A DNA stretch of 64,000 nt from Octopus sinensis (lineage: Eukaryota), in the NCBI RefSeq assembly GCF_006345805.1, contig NC_043011.1, positions 54,696,464-54,760,463 on the forward strand. The letters run 5' to 3'. A program made the translations under genes and the position numbers. Under the pieces are notes generated by a model. The model was given only the letters and a program-made list of their open reading frames with translations. It had not been told where the DNA came from and searched no databases. This document shows, piece by piece, positions 41,001 to 53,000 of this stretch (positions are counted from its first letter, which is position 1; each line of letters starts with the position of its first letter).

Positions 41001-42022
41001 CGTATATGTGTGTGTGTGTGTGTGTGTGTGTTTGTGTGTCTGTGTTTGTCCCCCCAACATCACTTGACAACCGATGCAGTTCAGCAAAAGAGACCGATAG
41101 AATAAGTACTAGGCTTACAAAGAATAAGTCCTGCGGTCGATCTGATCAACTAAAGGCGGTGCTCCAGCATGGCCGCAGTCAGATGACTGAAACAAGTAAA
41201 AGAGTAAAGAGTAAATGTCACTCCTGGAAAAGTCTCAAAACTTCTGGAATGTAATACAGGTACACTATAAAGCAGTAATAAGTTTGAGGAATCATGTCTT
41301 TCGTTTCTCTTGTAGAGAAACCAACTTTAACCCACCTCTAAATGTATATGTTGAACTAGAGGTAAAAATTAATGAAGGTGTAGCGGTCTCTGATATCCTC
41401 ACTGTTTGAGAGACACGGCAGGAATGATCTCGTTTGAGATTACAGCCATCTTTGGCCGAGTTGTTCCTGTTGTAACCACTGACCTGATTGGTTGACATGT
41501 GGCGCGATTTGTCTCTACTTATTTCGTGCCACTGGCCAAAGCCAACCAATCACGGCCTTTGGTTAAGGTCCCTTTTTCCTAGGCTCTGTTGAGCCACCTT
41601 ACGTATTTCCTACAAAGGTAAATAAATCATATATGATTTTTCACAGTGTCAATAAAGGAAAACTTTTTTTTAAGAAATACCTGAGATAAAGGTGTTGATG
41701 ACAGTTTTTTAGATTCTTTTCTACGGTAGCCACTTGTTTTTATTGGAGATATCACCTGTTCTGGATTTTGGGGATTCGGGATGTTTGCATAACCTTCCTC
41801 CGCAAATGTGCTCTTAAACCAAATTTGTTTCTTTTGAGGGGAAATTTTTGATGGTGAAGCTTTAGTGGCATCTTTTGGTGAACGTTGTGATGAGTTTTCT
41901 GTTTGATTATCTTCAGTCTTCCTTCTGCTTGCTGACGGAAACTGAAAGCTATAATGAGACAATGCTCTTTTCTGTACTCTCGCCTTACGGCATGGACCTT
42001 CCTCAATAACGTCATCATTCAT
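11882..42022 (-). CDS. HELQ: Helicase POLQ-like (HELQ), Ski2-like SF2 3'-5' DNA helicase; 19 coding exons, about 1241 aa
   Basis: Exons in transcript order, all GT-AG with consistent phases: 42022-41681, 39677-39069, 37672-37354, 35493-35315, 34422-34222, 33292-33217, 31226-31129, 29507-29406, 27778-27624, 26616-26377, 25246-25105, 24248-24144, 22307-22055, 20690-20533, 19354-19256, 17812-17639, 15290-15177, 13450-13316, 12106-11882 (3726 nt including stop). Motifs: [24 protein letters not shown] (Walker A), [38 protein letters not shown], and C-terminal LYNAGYKT helix-hairpin-helix region. No polymerase domain follows. Confidence 0.95.
15391..15436 (-). ncRNA. Minimal type I hammerhead ribozyme motif (Penelope-like, dimer-dependent type)
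   Basis: Minus strand reads GACAC CUGAAGA A GGCUG GAGGAUAUAA CAGCC GAAA CGUU GUGUU. Stem I is GACAC/GUGUU, the core is CUGANGA, stem II is a perfect 5 bp, followed by GAAA and a palindromic AACGUU in place of stem III. Activity is untested. Confidence 0.7.
16095..16337 (+). repeat. (GAT/GGT)n trinucleotide expansion
   Basis: Direct inspection; it is the expanded tail of a LINE-3'UTR copy starting near 15905. Confidence 0.95.
16437..17048. mobile_element. hAT-type MITE with nested LINE-tail palindrome
   Basis: Ends CAGTGGTTCTCAA and TTGAGAACCCCTG; 8-bp flanks TGTTAAAC / GGTTAAAC (7/8 match). Related fragments lie near 22430-22500 and 62700-63100. Confidence 0.75.
20860..21254 (-). mobile_element. 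Second copy of the Helitron-like element
   Basis: Reverse complement of 61389-61768 over its full length; flanked by (TA)n. Confidence 0.6.
23222..24047. repeat. Inverted pair of LINE-3'UTR-derived elements with internal tandem repeats of about 60 bp
   Basis: The left arm starts (CAT)n GTTTAATGTCTGCTTTCC and the right arm ends CGGACGTTAAAC(GAT)n. GTGCTTTTTACATGCCACTGGCA-type units repeat between them. Solo arms are at about 34785, 35690, 42225, 46330, 49622, 61903, 62448 and 63630. Confidence 0.8.
25815..26341. mobile_element. Tc1/mariner (pogo/Tigger-like) MITE with TIRs and TA target site
   Basis: Left end TACCGTAAATCCTTGAGTATAGTCCGC; right end reverse-complements to TACCATAAATCCTTGAGTATAATCTGC; no coding capacity. 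Confidence 0.85.
33465..33712 (+). mobile_element. SINE-like family D: tRNA-like head, (AAT)n, hammerhead-like module, AATGTAAAT tail
   Basis: Head ..TAGTGGTTAAGAG..GTTC(A/G)ATTCC; then GACAC-CTGATGA-A-GGCTG-loop-CAGCC-GAAA at 33611-33656. Other copies near 15340-15770, 17893-18133, 25405-25745, 47228-47405, 47580-47830 and 50985-51540. Confidence 0.75.
36120..36780 (+). mobile_element. RTE-type LINE 3' end: ORF2 C-terminus, 3'UTR with tandem repeats and (GAT/GGT)n tail
   Basis: [23 protein letters not shown] runs directly into the abundant AGGAAGGGCATCCAGCTGTAGAAA..AACCCATGCCAGCAT..(GAT)n sequence. Confidence 0.7.
38018..38358 (+). repeat. (TG)n/(TATG)n compound microsatellite
   Basis: Direct inspection. 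Similar tracts: 2184-2240 (GT), 10900-11060, 20397-20438 (AG), 20807-20860 (TA), 32965-33008 (GGT), 36970-37130. Confidence 0.95.
38602..39000 (+). mobile_element. SINE family C (GGAGTGGCTGTGTGGTAAG.. head, CORE-like segment, internal TA/TG microsatellite), representative copy
   Basis: tRNA-like head with B box GGTTCAGTCCC-type, then GCACCTTGGGCAAGTG. Copies near 13503-13900, 14268-14650(-), 22640-23060, 28903-29305, 29999-30375, 31553-31910, 40840-41210, 44358-44885(-), 48098-48425(-), 48893-49290(-), 53913-54125(-) and 59915-60090(-). Confidence 0.85.
40300..40810 (+). mobile_element. Mariner transposase remnant
   Basis: ORF 40471-40734 reads [29 protein letters not shown], a degenerate DNA / HPPYSPDLAPxDF mariner catalytic region. 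Confidence 0.8.
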
Positions 42023-43643
42023 AGCAGTCCCTATCAAGGGTGCATGAACTAACAGCAGGCAGACAGATCTGAAATAAGTTATGCGCATATATTAGCTAAA
42101 CCAAAATCAAATCAAATCAAAACAAATCAAATCAAAATAGATGAACATCTTGTGAAGACCTGTTGAGGCAAGTGAAAATCAAAATCAAAATCAAATCAAA
42201 TCAAATCAAAATAGATGAACATCAATGGAATTTGTATCTTTGTGGTACCAGTGCCGGTGGCATACAAGAAAACCATCCGAACGTGGCCGTAGCCAGTACC
42301 GCATCGACTGGCCTCCGTGCTGTGGGCACGTAACAAACACCATCCGATCGTGGCCGTTCGCCAGCCTCACCTGGCACCTGTGTCGGTGGCACATAAAAAC
42401 ACCATCCGAGCGTGGCCGTTTGCCAGCCTCGTCTGGCACCTGTGTCGGTGGCACATAAAATCACCCACTACACTCTTGGAGTGGTTGGCGTTAGGAAGGG
42501 CATCCAGCTATAGAAACACTGCCAGATCTGACTGGCCTGGTGCAGCCTTCGGGCTCCTCAGACCCCAGTTGAACCGTCCAACCCATGCTAGCATGGAAAG
42601 CGGACGTTAAATGATGATGATGATGATGATGATGATACAAGACAAATGGAATACAATGCAATATTTGCTGTAAACTCTAACAAAAACTATTTTTTGGGTT
42701 CAAATTCCATCAGAGGCGACTTCACCTTTCCTCACTGCATCCGTCTGGAAAAGTAACTGTCACTCACAAACTAGTTTCTTTGAGATTTGCCTCTAAACTT
42801 TCATCCTGTACTGATCCCTCCTGTTTGAACTTGGAATCGTGGACAGGCTAAAATTATGAAACATGGTAACATTAGCCAAATCACAAGCCCAAATCCTAAG
42901 AGAGTATTTTAGAACAGCAAACCAATCCACCCACATATCCCATCCACCCTGATAACCAACACATCTTCTGGCTCGTCTTAACAGTATCATTAACTGTATC
43001 AGGTCCTGGGCAAATCAATGCACTGGCCCCTATAATATATATTCACCGACAGCAAGCCACAGAAGATACAAATGAGAATTGAGTCCCTAGATCTGTGTCC
43101 CACTACCGGACAGCTGTGTAATGTACCCTTGCCTTAAGAAACTACAAGTTATAAGGCGGCGAGCTGGCAGACACGTTAGCACGCCGGGCGAAATGCGTGG
43201 CCGTATTTCGTCTGCCGTTACGTTCTGAGTTCAAATTCTGCCGAGGTCGACTTTGCCTTTCATCCTTTCGGAGTCGATAAATTAAGTACCTGTTACGCAC
43301 TGGGGTCGATATAATCGACTTAATCCATTTGTCTGTCCTCTCTGTGTTTAGCCCCTTGTAGGTAGTAAAGAAATAGGTACTAGTTATAATCGGAATAAAA
43401 GAAGAAAAAAATTAACTGTCTCTCGTTACTTTACTCTTTTTCTGTTTAATTAACTTCGGATTAACATCAAGCACACACAGACACACAAAAAACTCCGGCC
43501 AGAAAAGCCGTCAAAACTTTAAACAAGTAAACTATTAATTAAAATATATCTTTAAGAAAACTTTTATAGGAATTTAAAAGAAAAGAATCCAGCAAAAAAA
43601 CACAACGGACAAATACGATGGCTTGAAATATTAGAAAACTAAC

Positions 43644-43922
43644 CTTTTCTTGTTTTGTTTTCTTTTGTTTTACATCAGAATGTGTTGAATTTGTTTACAT
43701 TATTAGAATTGTTGGATCACATCAGCCAAAAATTTGAAAATGTAAATAAAAACTTTTTCTGCTGAGGAAAAAATGTTTGTTTCGTTTTTCAACTCTCAAA
43801 TTAACGCGGGTCACTTATATCAATGACAAAATTAAATTACACTAATTTAAACACTTTTCATTGATGATGTTTATATGTGTACGTTGGACACAATTTGTGT
43901 GTGTAGGTGTGTGTAGTGTGTA

Positions 43923-43953
<31 letters not shown>

Positions 43954-44088
43954 CACACCCATACACACTGATAGGGAGTGAAGGGGTGGGGCGATTTTAT
44001 TTTTTATTGTTCTAAGCGGTTTCATAGGTGTAAGCAGACCGCGAAACGATTTTTAAGTAAATGTTTCTCTGATTGATGAATCTGTCAG
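43644..44088. promoter_or_regulatory. Candidate bidirectional promoter region between HELQ and the CYREN-like gene
   Basis: Outward-facing splice donors: minus AAG|GTTAGT at 43644/43643 and plus CAG|GTAATA at 44088/44089. Both genes' first coding exons begin at acceptors upstream of the ATG (42068 minus; 49998 plus), so both need non-coding first exons. A GGGGTGGGGCG GC-box lies at about 43983. No transcript evidence. Confidence 0.45.
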
Positions 44089-44546
44089 GTAATACGACTT
44101 ATTTATTGTCTTTACTTTGTTTTTTGCCACCCGGCTCTTCTTCCCTCCCAAGATGACGTCCTAAACAAGAAACAGTTCATTACAATTATCATTAAAAAAA
44201 AGCGTACGAACATCACACGATCCTATCTCTTATTGTTATTGTTTAGCACCAGTTCAACCACCCCACCAATAAAAGTTGTTCCAGTCGGTATTATCCAGTG
44301 TTTTATTACGACAGTGTATCTAGGAGTATAATCTCCAATGTATCCGCTCTATATTTGTTGGTCGTATTTGACTGTGATCATGCTGGAGCACCATCTTTAG
44401 TCGAACAATTCGACCCCAGGACTTATTCGTAGTAAGCCTAGTACTCATTCTATCGGTCTCTTTCGCCAAACTAAGTTACGGGGACACAAACAAACCAGCA
44501 TCGGTTGTCAAGCATTGTTGGGAGGACAGACACAAACATATATATA

Positions 44547-44584
<38 letters not shown>

Positions 44585-45708
44585 GGGAGAATTTGCGAAA
44601 AAAACACAAGACGAAGACAGGTGGTGTGCAAAACAAACAGATGTATTAGTATAACGCTCAGGAATAGAAAAAGTCTTTTACGTTTCGAGCCTGCGCTCTT
44701 CTATATATATATATATATATATATGACGGCGGGCTTCCTCCAGTTTCCGTCTACCAAATCTACTCACAAGGCTTTGGTTGGTCTGAGGCTACAGAAGACA
44801 CTTGTCCAAGATGCCACGCAGTGGGACTGAACCCAGAACCATGCGGTTGAGAAGCAAACTTCCTACCACACAGCCGCTCCTGTGTTTGAGAATTTGTTTG
44901 ACAAAAACCCTTCTAGGTTGTGTACGTATATATGTATGTATGATAGTGTCTTATTAAGACAGAAATTCTGATGTAGACATTAAAATGTGGTTGAAGGAAA
45001 TTTGCTTGCTGTTTACATTTCATCCAGTGATCGTGGAGAGTGGGGGGGGGCACTTAATTTGTTCTTCACAGATTTTAGTTGTTGCAAAACATCAGTATTT
45101 GTTATTTTGAACTATTTCATAATGTATTGATATTTCTTGATATGTTTGTTCCTTTCTGTTGTACGTTCTGAGTTCAAATTACGCCGAGGTCAGCTTTCAC
45201 TTTCATCCTTCCAGGGTCGATGAAATAAGTACCAGATGAACACTGGGGTCAATGATATCCATTTATACCCCCGCCCCAAAATTTCAACCTTTTTACCCCT
45301 TCCTTTGAAGTAAGTGTGACACACACCACAGGTACATATGTGATAAAACAAGTTTACATATTTATATTGAGGATAATAATAATAATGATGATGATGTTTT
45401 CATATTTTTGGCCCAAGGCCAGCAATTTCATGGGAGTGGGTGAGTTAATTATATTAACCCAATGTGTCACTGGTACTTACTTTATCAACCCTGAAAGGAT
45501 GAAAAGTAAAGTTGACCTTGATGGAATTTGAACTCAGACCATAAAGATAGGCAAAATGCTTAGCATCATTTTGCCTGACATGCTAATGATTCTGCCAGCT
45601 CACCACCTTAATAATAATAATAATAATAATGAGTGACAGTTGCTTAGTAATTAAAAAATTATTAAAAAAAAATTTAATAGAATTTGTCAATGTGGCTTTT
45701 CACTACAA

Positions 45709-45960
45709 TACAAGGTCTGATCAATAAGTATCCAGATTGTTGCCATAGTAACAAAGCTAAAGCATGCAGAGTGAAGCCGTTTGACACAGATTGACCTTGG
45801 ATTTTGGCTTCTGCATGCCCACTAAGTTTTAACATTCTAGCTTACTTCTACTGTTTACAGCAGTGCTTGGAAGGAACAAGTGTAGTGTGTGATTATTGCA
45901 TTGACCATAACAGAAAGTTGTCATGATGATACCTGCTCAGAGGCCTCTGCAAAGTTGCAG
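45709..45960 (+). mobile_element. Mariner-like element 5' end
   Basis: Begins TACAAGGTCTGATCAATAAGTATCC, resembling a mariner TIR after TA; the partner TIR was not found. Confidence 0.45.
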
Positions 45961-48701
45961 GAAGTGTATGAAGAGAAGGGTATGGGCCACTTGGTCAGAA
46001 TTATCTTTTACATGGCTCGCAGGATGGCCTGTTGTGCTTGAGGAGACCTATTGTGTCAAGTACATCAACATCAAAATAAAAGTTGTATGGATATTGTAGT
46101 TGTGATACCCATGCTGGTGGCACGTTGGGGCTCACAGAGGAAATAACAAAGACCAAGACCTCTGAGATATGCTGTGACTTCGAAGACCCGACAAATGAAG
46201 TGAGTTCATGGCTCGCAGGACAGCCTGCTGTGCTAACCTTAGACCGTAGAGTGACCCGCTGTTCTTGAGGAGACCTATTGAGTCAAGTACATCAACATCA
46301 AAATAAAAATCAAATGGAAATTGTAGTTAAGCTACCCGTGCCGGTGGCACTTAAAAAGCACCATCCGAACGTGGCTGATGCCAGCGCCGTCTGACTGGCA
46401 TTCGTGTCGGTGACACGTAAAAAAGCACCAACCAATCATGGCCATTTGCCAGCCTCCTCTGGCCCCTGTAGCGGTGGCACGTAAAACGCACCCACTACAC
46501 TCACTGAGTGATGATGCAACAAGGAAGGGCATCCAGCTGTAGAAACACTGCCAGATCAGACTGGAGACTGGCGCAGCCTCCTGGCTTCCCAGACCCCAGT
46601 CGAACCATCCAACCCATGCTGGCATGGAAAACGGACGTTAAACGATGATGATGATGATATGTCTATTAATCTATCGGTCTCCATTCATTTATATCTTTCT
46701 GAGTTGATTTTGTTGTTGTGTATGTCCACTCGTCTGATTTATATATTCCTACTCATACTTTGTCAAGGTCAATCTGTGCTTAGCAGCTTCACTTTATGTG
46801 CTTTACCTTCATTACCATGGCAACAGTCCGGATACTTATTGGTCAGACCACATATCTGGTCTATTGACTTGAATAGCTTAATCAGCTTGAACACTAAAGT
46901 TCCTAAGAAAAATGATATTTTTATTTTCTACTACTTTGGCAGGCTTTTGTTCCCATCAGAACTCATTTGGGAGTCCAGACTTACAGCATGTGACCCAGTG
47001 CAAACACTAATTAGGCCTATCGTGGCGATTGGTTCACTCAGTTGAGGCTGACACAGAACAGCCAGAGATGAGGTAGGTAATTGTTTCTCTGATGGTACCA
47101 CAAAAGTGGCAGGTAGGATCAGCAAATATTTTTCAGAATGTTACTTTGCTAATTTCTAATTCCCCCCTTCCGTAAACCACCTGTTCTTGTCCCTTTATCA
47201 TACTTTCACCTTTCTTAATACTATACTCCAATTATTTGCATTATTTACATTTGATGGATATTTGTCCTCATCTCGTTTGTTGTTAACACAATGTTTCAGC
47301 TGATATACCCTCCAGCCTTCATCAGGTGTTTTGGGGGAAATTTCGAACCTAGGTTCTTGTTCCTAAGGTATTTTTCGATGTTGTTGTTATTATTATTATT
47401 ATTATTAAGATAAAGAGCGCGATTCGATTGTAAGATATTTTATTAGTTGAATGATATTTCAACAGTACGTCTGTTTTTGTCAAGTTCAAAATAAGAAGTG
47501 ATAAAAATTCAAAATTACAGAAATTTAAATGTAAAGTATGAATGAGAGCAACCAGCGTCCACACGTTGATGGAATGACATCATCATTATTATTCAGGTCA
47601 CTGCCTGGAATCAAACTCGGAATCTTGGGGTTAGTAGCCCATGCTCTTAACCCAAATGTAAATAATAACAACATTGAAAAATACCTTAAGAATGAGAACC
47701 CAGGTTCGAAATTTCCCCAAGACACCCGATGAAGTATGGAGGGTATATCAGCCAAAACGTGTTAACAACAAACAAGGTGAGGACAAATATCCGTCAAATG
47801 TAAATAATTCTTCATCTCTTAAATATAGAACTGTACTATACTCCAACTCACTTGAGAAGCTCTTGTTTCGCAAGTTACTTGGGGACTTCCCTAGTACTGG
47901 TACCATAAAAAAAGCACCCAGTACACGCTGTAAAGTGGTAGATGTTAGGAAGAATATCAAACTGTAGAAACCACACCAAAGCAAGACATTGAAAGTTGGC
48001 ACAGTCCTCTGGCTCTTTGTTTCCTGTCGATCCATCCAACTGAAACTAGAATGGAAAAAGGGATGTTAACTTATGATGATACACACACACGTTCTTTTAT
48101 TTGTTTCAGTCATTTGACTGCAGCCATACTGGAGCAACACCTTTAGTCAAACAAATTGACCCCCAGGACTTATTCCTTATGAGCCTAGTACTTATTCTAT
48201 CAGTCTCTTTCGCCAAACTGCTAAGTTACAGGGACATAAACACACACACACATATATATATGACGGGCTTCTTTCAGTTTCCATCTGCCAAATCCACTCA
48301 CAAGGCTTTGGTCAGCCTGAGACTATAGTAGTAGACACTTGCCCAACATGCCATGCAGTGGGACTGAACCCAGAACAATGTGGTTGGTAAGCAAGCTACT
48401 TACCACACAGCCACTCCTACGCCTATACATAATATACACATGCATTGTGTATGTATGTGCGTGTGTGTTGATAAATGACAAAAGAACAGGTGTTACATAA
48501 TCACTCTCATTAGCTTACAGCTGTTTCTGCCGTAAGAAATATTGCACGCAGAGCTGCATGCTTATAGCTTTCTTGAAGCCATTTGAAAAGCCATTTATAG
48601 TGCAAAGCAATTAGATGCACAGAATTGGTTACATACAGAACAATATATTTAATAATATAATGCAGTTTGAGAGTGAAAAGCCTGTCCAGAGATATACATA
48701 T

Positions 48702-48736
<35 letters not shown>

Positions 48737-50058
48737 ATTGAGATTCAGTTGAATTAGGTACTTAAGTTGAAGCACCAAGTCAGTCCGGTACTGCACAGCC
48801 CGAAGTAAGGTGAATAAAATCGAAATAAGCAACAGGATATCAAGTAGTGATATCCTGTTGCTTATTTTGATTTTCTATAGATATATATTCTTTTATTCTT
48901 TTACTTGTTTCAGTCATTTGACTGCGTCCATGCTGGAGCACCACTTTTAGTCGAACAAATCGATCCCAGGACTTATTCTTTGCAAGCCTATTACTTATTC
49001 TATCGGTCTCTTTTGCCGAACTGCTAAGTGATGAGAATGTAAACATACCAACATTGGTTGTCAAGTGATGGTGGTGGGTACACGCACAGACACAAATAAC
49101 AAACACACACATACATATATATATATATGACAGGCTTCTTTCAGTTTCCGTCTACCAAATCCACTCACAAGGCTTTGGTCGGCCCGAGGCTATAGTAGAA
49201 GACACTTGCCCAAAGTGCCACACAGTGGGACTGAACCCAGAACCATGGGGTTGGTAAGCAACCTACTTACCACACAGCCACTCCTGTGCCTTAGTTTGAC
49301 ATATCTTGTCAAATACAGCAAATTGCCATATCAATTTTTTGTGTTGTTATATATATATATATATATATACTAATATAACAACATATATATATATATGCTC
49401 GAATATAACAACACAAAAAAACGACCCTTCATTAGTTGTTGACTGTTTTTCTATTCTCGTATGCTAGTCCTTCATAAAAGAAAGATAGAAAAGAAAATAT
49501 AAGGAAAAGGAATGAGAAAAGGTGTTTGAGGACATAATATATGTACATGTGTATATATATGTATTGAAAGATAGAGGGAAAAACTCACATGCACAAACAC
49601 ACACACGCACGCAAATATACATAAATACATGCAAAAAGCACCATCCGAGCGTGGCCGTTCGCCAGCCTCGTCTGGCACCTGTGTTGGTGGCACATAAAAA
49701 GCACCCACTACACTCACGGAGTGGTTGGCGTTAGGAAGGGCATCCAGCTGTAGAAACACCACCCGATCTGACTGGCCTGGTGCAGCCTTCGGGCTTCCCA
49801 GACCCCAGTTGAACCGTCCATGGAAAGCGGACATTAAACAATGATGATGATGATGAAATAGATAGACATGTACTTATACAGATATACATCTATGATTTTT
49901 TGCAAAGAATCTATATTAAAATATAAAATAATAAACAACTGTTTTTTCTTCATTTTTCCTTTTTTTTTTTTCATTTTGGTTGATTTTGTTCTTTCAGGAA
50001 CAAACTAAATTCTTAACTTGTTCTATCTTGGGGCCACACCACTAAACATTCCAACACA

Positions 50059-53000
50059 ATGTCGAAGAGGTCTAATAGAAAGCGGAAACTTCCACAGTGG
50101 ATGCTGTCTTCGGTCAGTTCCAAAACTGAAACTACAAGAGATTCTGATGATGATCAGCTTGATGCCGATTGTGATGTTGAGTCAGAAGATAATGACACAA
50201 AAGAGCATTCTAAGTATTGGTTTATCTTTTATTAAATGTTTTTAGTTATCTCTAACCCTGTGCCTGTCCAAAGCATTTTCATAAGTTTGTCTCAAATGTC
50301 CATACTTTTTTTCAAGCTTTAGCTTAACCATTGTTTCATACATTCTGATTAATATAAAGCTATCCTTTCTTAAGTCCCAAATTCTAAATGATGAATAATT
50401 TTCCAAAGGTGGGAGATCTCTTAGGGTTATTTGCAGAAAGTGGAGCCGCAATTGCCCAGTGGTTAGGGCAGCAGGCTCGCAGTTTCGATTCCCAGACCAG
50501 GTGTTGTGAGTGTTTATTAAGCGGAAACACCTAAAGCTCCATGAGGCTGCAACAGCGGGTAGTGGTGAACCCTGCTGTACTCTTTCACGACAACTTTCTT
50601 CTTGTTTCTGCTGTACCTGTATTTCAAGGGGCCAGCCTTGTCACACTGAATCTCCTCAAGAACTATGTTAAGGGTACACACATCTGTGGAGTGCTCAGCC
50701 ACTTGCACTGAGCAGGCTGTTCTGTTGATCGGTTCAATTGGAACTCTTATCACTGTAACCGACAGAGTGCCACGATTTGCAGAAAACCCACAAAACCATG
50801 ATCACCTTGACCACTAGGACACATGTTGGTGGCTGAAAGAAATCAGGAATGTGTATCATACATGACCTATGGACACTAGGAAAATATGTTCTGTATTTCA
50901 CATGTAATACTAAGAACAGACAAAGAGTTAAGAATTCATGTCAAACATAAAGATTCAAAGTTTTACAAAACAAATTACCATGTACATTATTTACATTTGA
51001 TGGATATTTGTCCTCATCTTGTTTGTTGTTAACACAACGTTTCGGCTGATATACCCTCCAGCCCCTTCATCAGGTGTCTTGGGGAGATTTCGAACCTGGG
51101 CATTCATTCCTAAGGTATTTTTCAATGTTATTGTTATTATTATTATTATTCATCGTTTAGCATCCGCTTTCCATGCTAGCATGGGTTGGACGATTTTGAC
51201 TGAGGGCTGGCGAACCAGATGGCTGCACCAGGCTCCAATCTTGATCTGGCAGAGTTTCTACAGCTGGATGCCCTTCCTAACACCAACCACTCCAAGAGTG
51301 TATTATTATTATTAGTATTGTTATTATTATTATTATTATTCAGGTCACTGCCTGGAATCGAACACGGAATCTTGGGATTAGTAGCCCGTGCTCTTAACCA
51401 CTACGCCATATGCCTGTGGATACCTGATGAAGGCTAGAGGGTATATCAGCCAAAACTCTGTGTTAACAACAAACAAAATGAGGACAAATATCCGTCAAAT
51501 ATAAATAATGTACATAATTGCTCATCTCTTAAATATAGAACTAAATTAGCACGTATTAGCCCATGGTTGGGAATCAAGCTTCTTAACCTCACTGCCATGC
51601 CTGCACCAAATTTTTCCAAATTGCAGTCGCCATAATTAATTAGTTACATGCTGCCTTATTGCATTATTTTTGATATAATGATTGTTCATTATTAAGAAAT
51701 GTAGTTGGTTTACCATATTTCCAACAGCCTTGACCGAGCCAACACAGTAATGTATATGATGAGTGAACAAGAGCTGCTACATGTTGCCATGAAAACACTT
51801 CATACGGTAAGACTAAAGTTGTATATAATGCTTGTCCTAATTCAGCATGAATCACTATATCCACCACTAATAGGGGTTGGACAATCCCCATATTATCTCA
51901 CCATTCATTTCACATTGGTCACACGTTTGTTCTTTCTCGAGCCATGCCTGGCTCATAAGGGCCGGTTTCCTTGGCGTATAGGTTCCCCACCTGGATGGGA
52001 CGCCGGTCCGTCACAAGTGAGCTGCAAGATGCAGGAGGAAAGAGTGAGACAAAGTTGTGGCAGAAGAGTCAGCAGAAGCTCACCATTACCTTCTGCCGGA
52101 GCCACGTGGAGCTTAGGTGTTTCGCTCATAAACACACATTTCACCCGTCTGAGATTCGAACCCGCGATCCCTCGAGCGCAAGTCCGCTGCTCTAACCACT
52201 AGGCCATGTGCCTCCACACATTGGTCACATACAGCAACTGAGAAAATCTTCCATTTCTAACCATAAATTCCATAAGCCTTCGTATATTTGACCAGCAGTG
52301 CTACATAATAGTGAAACGTGTGGAGAGATGTGTGAAGAAATGCCACTCTCAAACAGTTGAAAGAATCCGGGGTAGGGGTAGCCCCAGGAAGACATGGGAT
52401 GAGGTGGTCAAGCATGACCTTCGAACGTTGGGCTTCACAGATGATTTGTCTGTAAAATTAAGTGCTTTATGGATATGAAACCATTGGTCACTCTCTGACT
52501 GGACATAGACTTAACAGCATGTCAGTACATTACAGCTCTAGCCTTTAAAGGGTGTTTCTTTTCTGGATATATGATACACTGATGATATGTATTTTTGTTG
52601 GTCTTTTTATATGTGTGTGTGTATAAAAGCACCCATTACACATTACACTCTCAGAGTGGTTGGCATTAGGAAGGGCATCCAGCTGCTGAAAATCATGCCA
52701 AATCACACTGGAGTCTGGTGCAGTATGCCAGTATAGATAACAAACATTAAATGATGATAATGATGATGATGAGGGTGATGATGATGATAAGTATGTGTGT
52801 GTGTGTGTGTGTGTACACATGACTTTTAATTGCATATATTATCCTTAGTTCTTTCCTATTTTTGATTTGATTTTAGGAAAATGAAGATCTTTGTTCTGAT
52901 GAAAAACCCACCACAAAACCTACCAAAATATGTTTCAAAAACAAAACTCTTGTTAACTTTCAACCATCCAGTCATCGGAACCAAGTAAATTCTGTTGCTA

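Noticed and set aside
11882-42022. POLQ (polymerase theta) as the identity of the helicase
   Set aside because: The reading frame ends shortly after the helix-hairpin-helix region, with no central domain or A-family polymerase, and a long N-terminal extension precedes the helicase core; both fit HELQ.
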